Shown: piece by piece, positions 63,046 to 64,000 of the stretch
Position numbering within the stretch: position 1 is the first letter of the stretch
Layout: each line of letters begins with the position of its first letter
From: Squalus acanthias
Taxonomy: Eukaryota
Assembly: GCA_030390025.1 (NCBI GenBank)
Contig: CM059432.1
Span: 24,182,001 to 24,246,000, forward strand
Direction of reading: 5' to 3'
Length of the DNA stretch: 64,000 nt
Notes under the pieces: generated by a model
The model's database searches: none
What the model was told of the DNA's origin: nothing
Seen by the model: only the letters and a program-made list of their open reading frames with translations
Position numbers and translations under genes: made by a program

Positions 63046-64000
63046 GGGGGAAAAATTTGGTACCTTAGCGCCTCCCGTTAGCGCCTCCAGGGGGTGCTAA
63101 CGGGGCGCTACAAGCTTAGTGACTGGGCGCGGCGATAGTACCGACGCCAGCGAAATTAAAGTGGAGGTTTGCGGCGGCGGTAACCACTAGTGCCACGCTC
63201 TCCTGCGTCTGGAGATCGTGACGTCATCTGGCTGCACAGCGCCCCGGTTAGCGCCGGCTCAGAAATTCACTCTCACCCCCTGCCTGAGCGCCTGCCGTTA
63301 GCAACGACAGTGGAGGAGGCATTATGCAGTCAGATGAACGCTGGGGTAGTGGTATGTAAAGGTGTCAACATCCGATTTATTTTTAGTCGGCAAAGAATGC
63401 TGCCTTATCAGTTTGACATCGGCAAGCAGGCGTTTTGAGCGATTTCAGCGTTTTTCACTTGAAGGAGTCGTCTGCCTCAGAAAAAGTATTCAGTTTCATT
63501 TAGGTGAGATTTTAAAGGGCAACATTTCCATACTTTAATGGGGGCTGCACTGGCACTGGACCTCGCCCTCCAGCATCAACGTCGGAGGCAGCGGAGGCAG
63601 AGAGAAAGACTGCAAAATGTGGCCAGAGGGAGGAGGGCCAACAGGGCTCTCAACAGGAGGCCTTACCCACCCAGGGTATTCCGGCAGCATTTCTCCTACA
63701 TCAAATTCACTGAGGAACAGTGTCTTAGAAGGCTCCGCTTCACCAAGGAAGTGGTCACAGAGCTCTGCCACCTCCTGCAGCCAGACCTCGAGCCTCACAT
63801 GAGGACCACCAGGGCTCTCTCAGTGGAAGTCAAGGTCACCGTCACTCTCAATTTCTATGCCAGCGAATCCTTCCAGTGTGCAACAGGAGATATATCTAAC
63901 AGATCACAGTTCGCCGACCATTGCTACATCTGTAAGGTCACAGATGCTCGCTACAGAAGGAGAAGGGACTACATTTCCTTCCCCATGACCAGAGAGAAGC
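63046..64000 (+). mobile_element. PIF/Harbinger transposon, left part (runs off the window)
   Basis: TIR gggggaaaaatt preceded by cta; transposase start downstream. Confidence 0.85.
63538..64000 (+). CDS. Harbinger transposase (HARBI1-like) N-terminal part, open to the window edge
   Basis: Manual translation, 154 codons without a stop: MGAALAL...RRPYPPRVFRQHFSY...EEQCLRRLRFTKEVVTELCHLL..DL...ALSVEVKVTVTLNFYAS.SFQ..TGD. Confidence 0.8.
   Translation, partial: MGAALALDLALQHQRRRQRRQRERLQNVARGRRANRALNRRPYPPRVFRQHFSYIKFTEEQCLRRLRFTKEVVTELCHLLQPDLEPHMRTTRALSVEVKVTVTLNFYASESFQCATGDISNRSQFADHCYICKVTDARYRRRRDYISFPMTREK

Overview
Eukaryotic, repeat-dominated DNA with no confidently identifiable host gene, so it is probably intronic or intergenic. 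The repeat inventory points to a cartilaginous fish (shark-like) genome, which is an inference: an HE1-type V-SINE, SacSINE1/DeuSINE-type SINEs, abundant CR1 LINEs, Penelope-like elements (PLEs) and PIF/Harbinger elements. Main items: (1) a young, essentially full-length CR1 on the minus strand (25077-31288). It has an SGNH-esterase ORF1 and an APE-RT ORF2, a ~99%-identical copy of its own 3' kilobase nested in its endonuclease domain, and a 5' UTR of 9.3 near-identical 83-bp monomers, each carrying donor, branch-point and acceptor-like splice signals. (2) PLE fragments with minimal hammerhead-ribozyme motifs, including a perfect 80-bp hairpin with a 15-bp TSD. (3) A set of PIF/Harbinger elements: a transposase ORF open to the window end, Myb/SANT remnants, non-autonomous copies and MITEs. 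(4) Two solo LTRs. (5) Deeply nested insertions. (6) One low-confidence host exon candidate. Family names come from recalled consensus features, not database searches.
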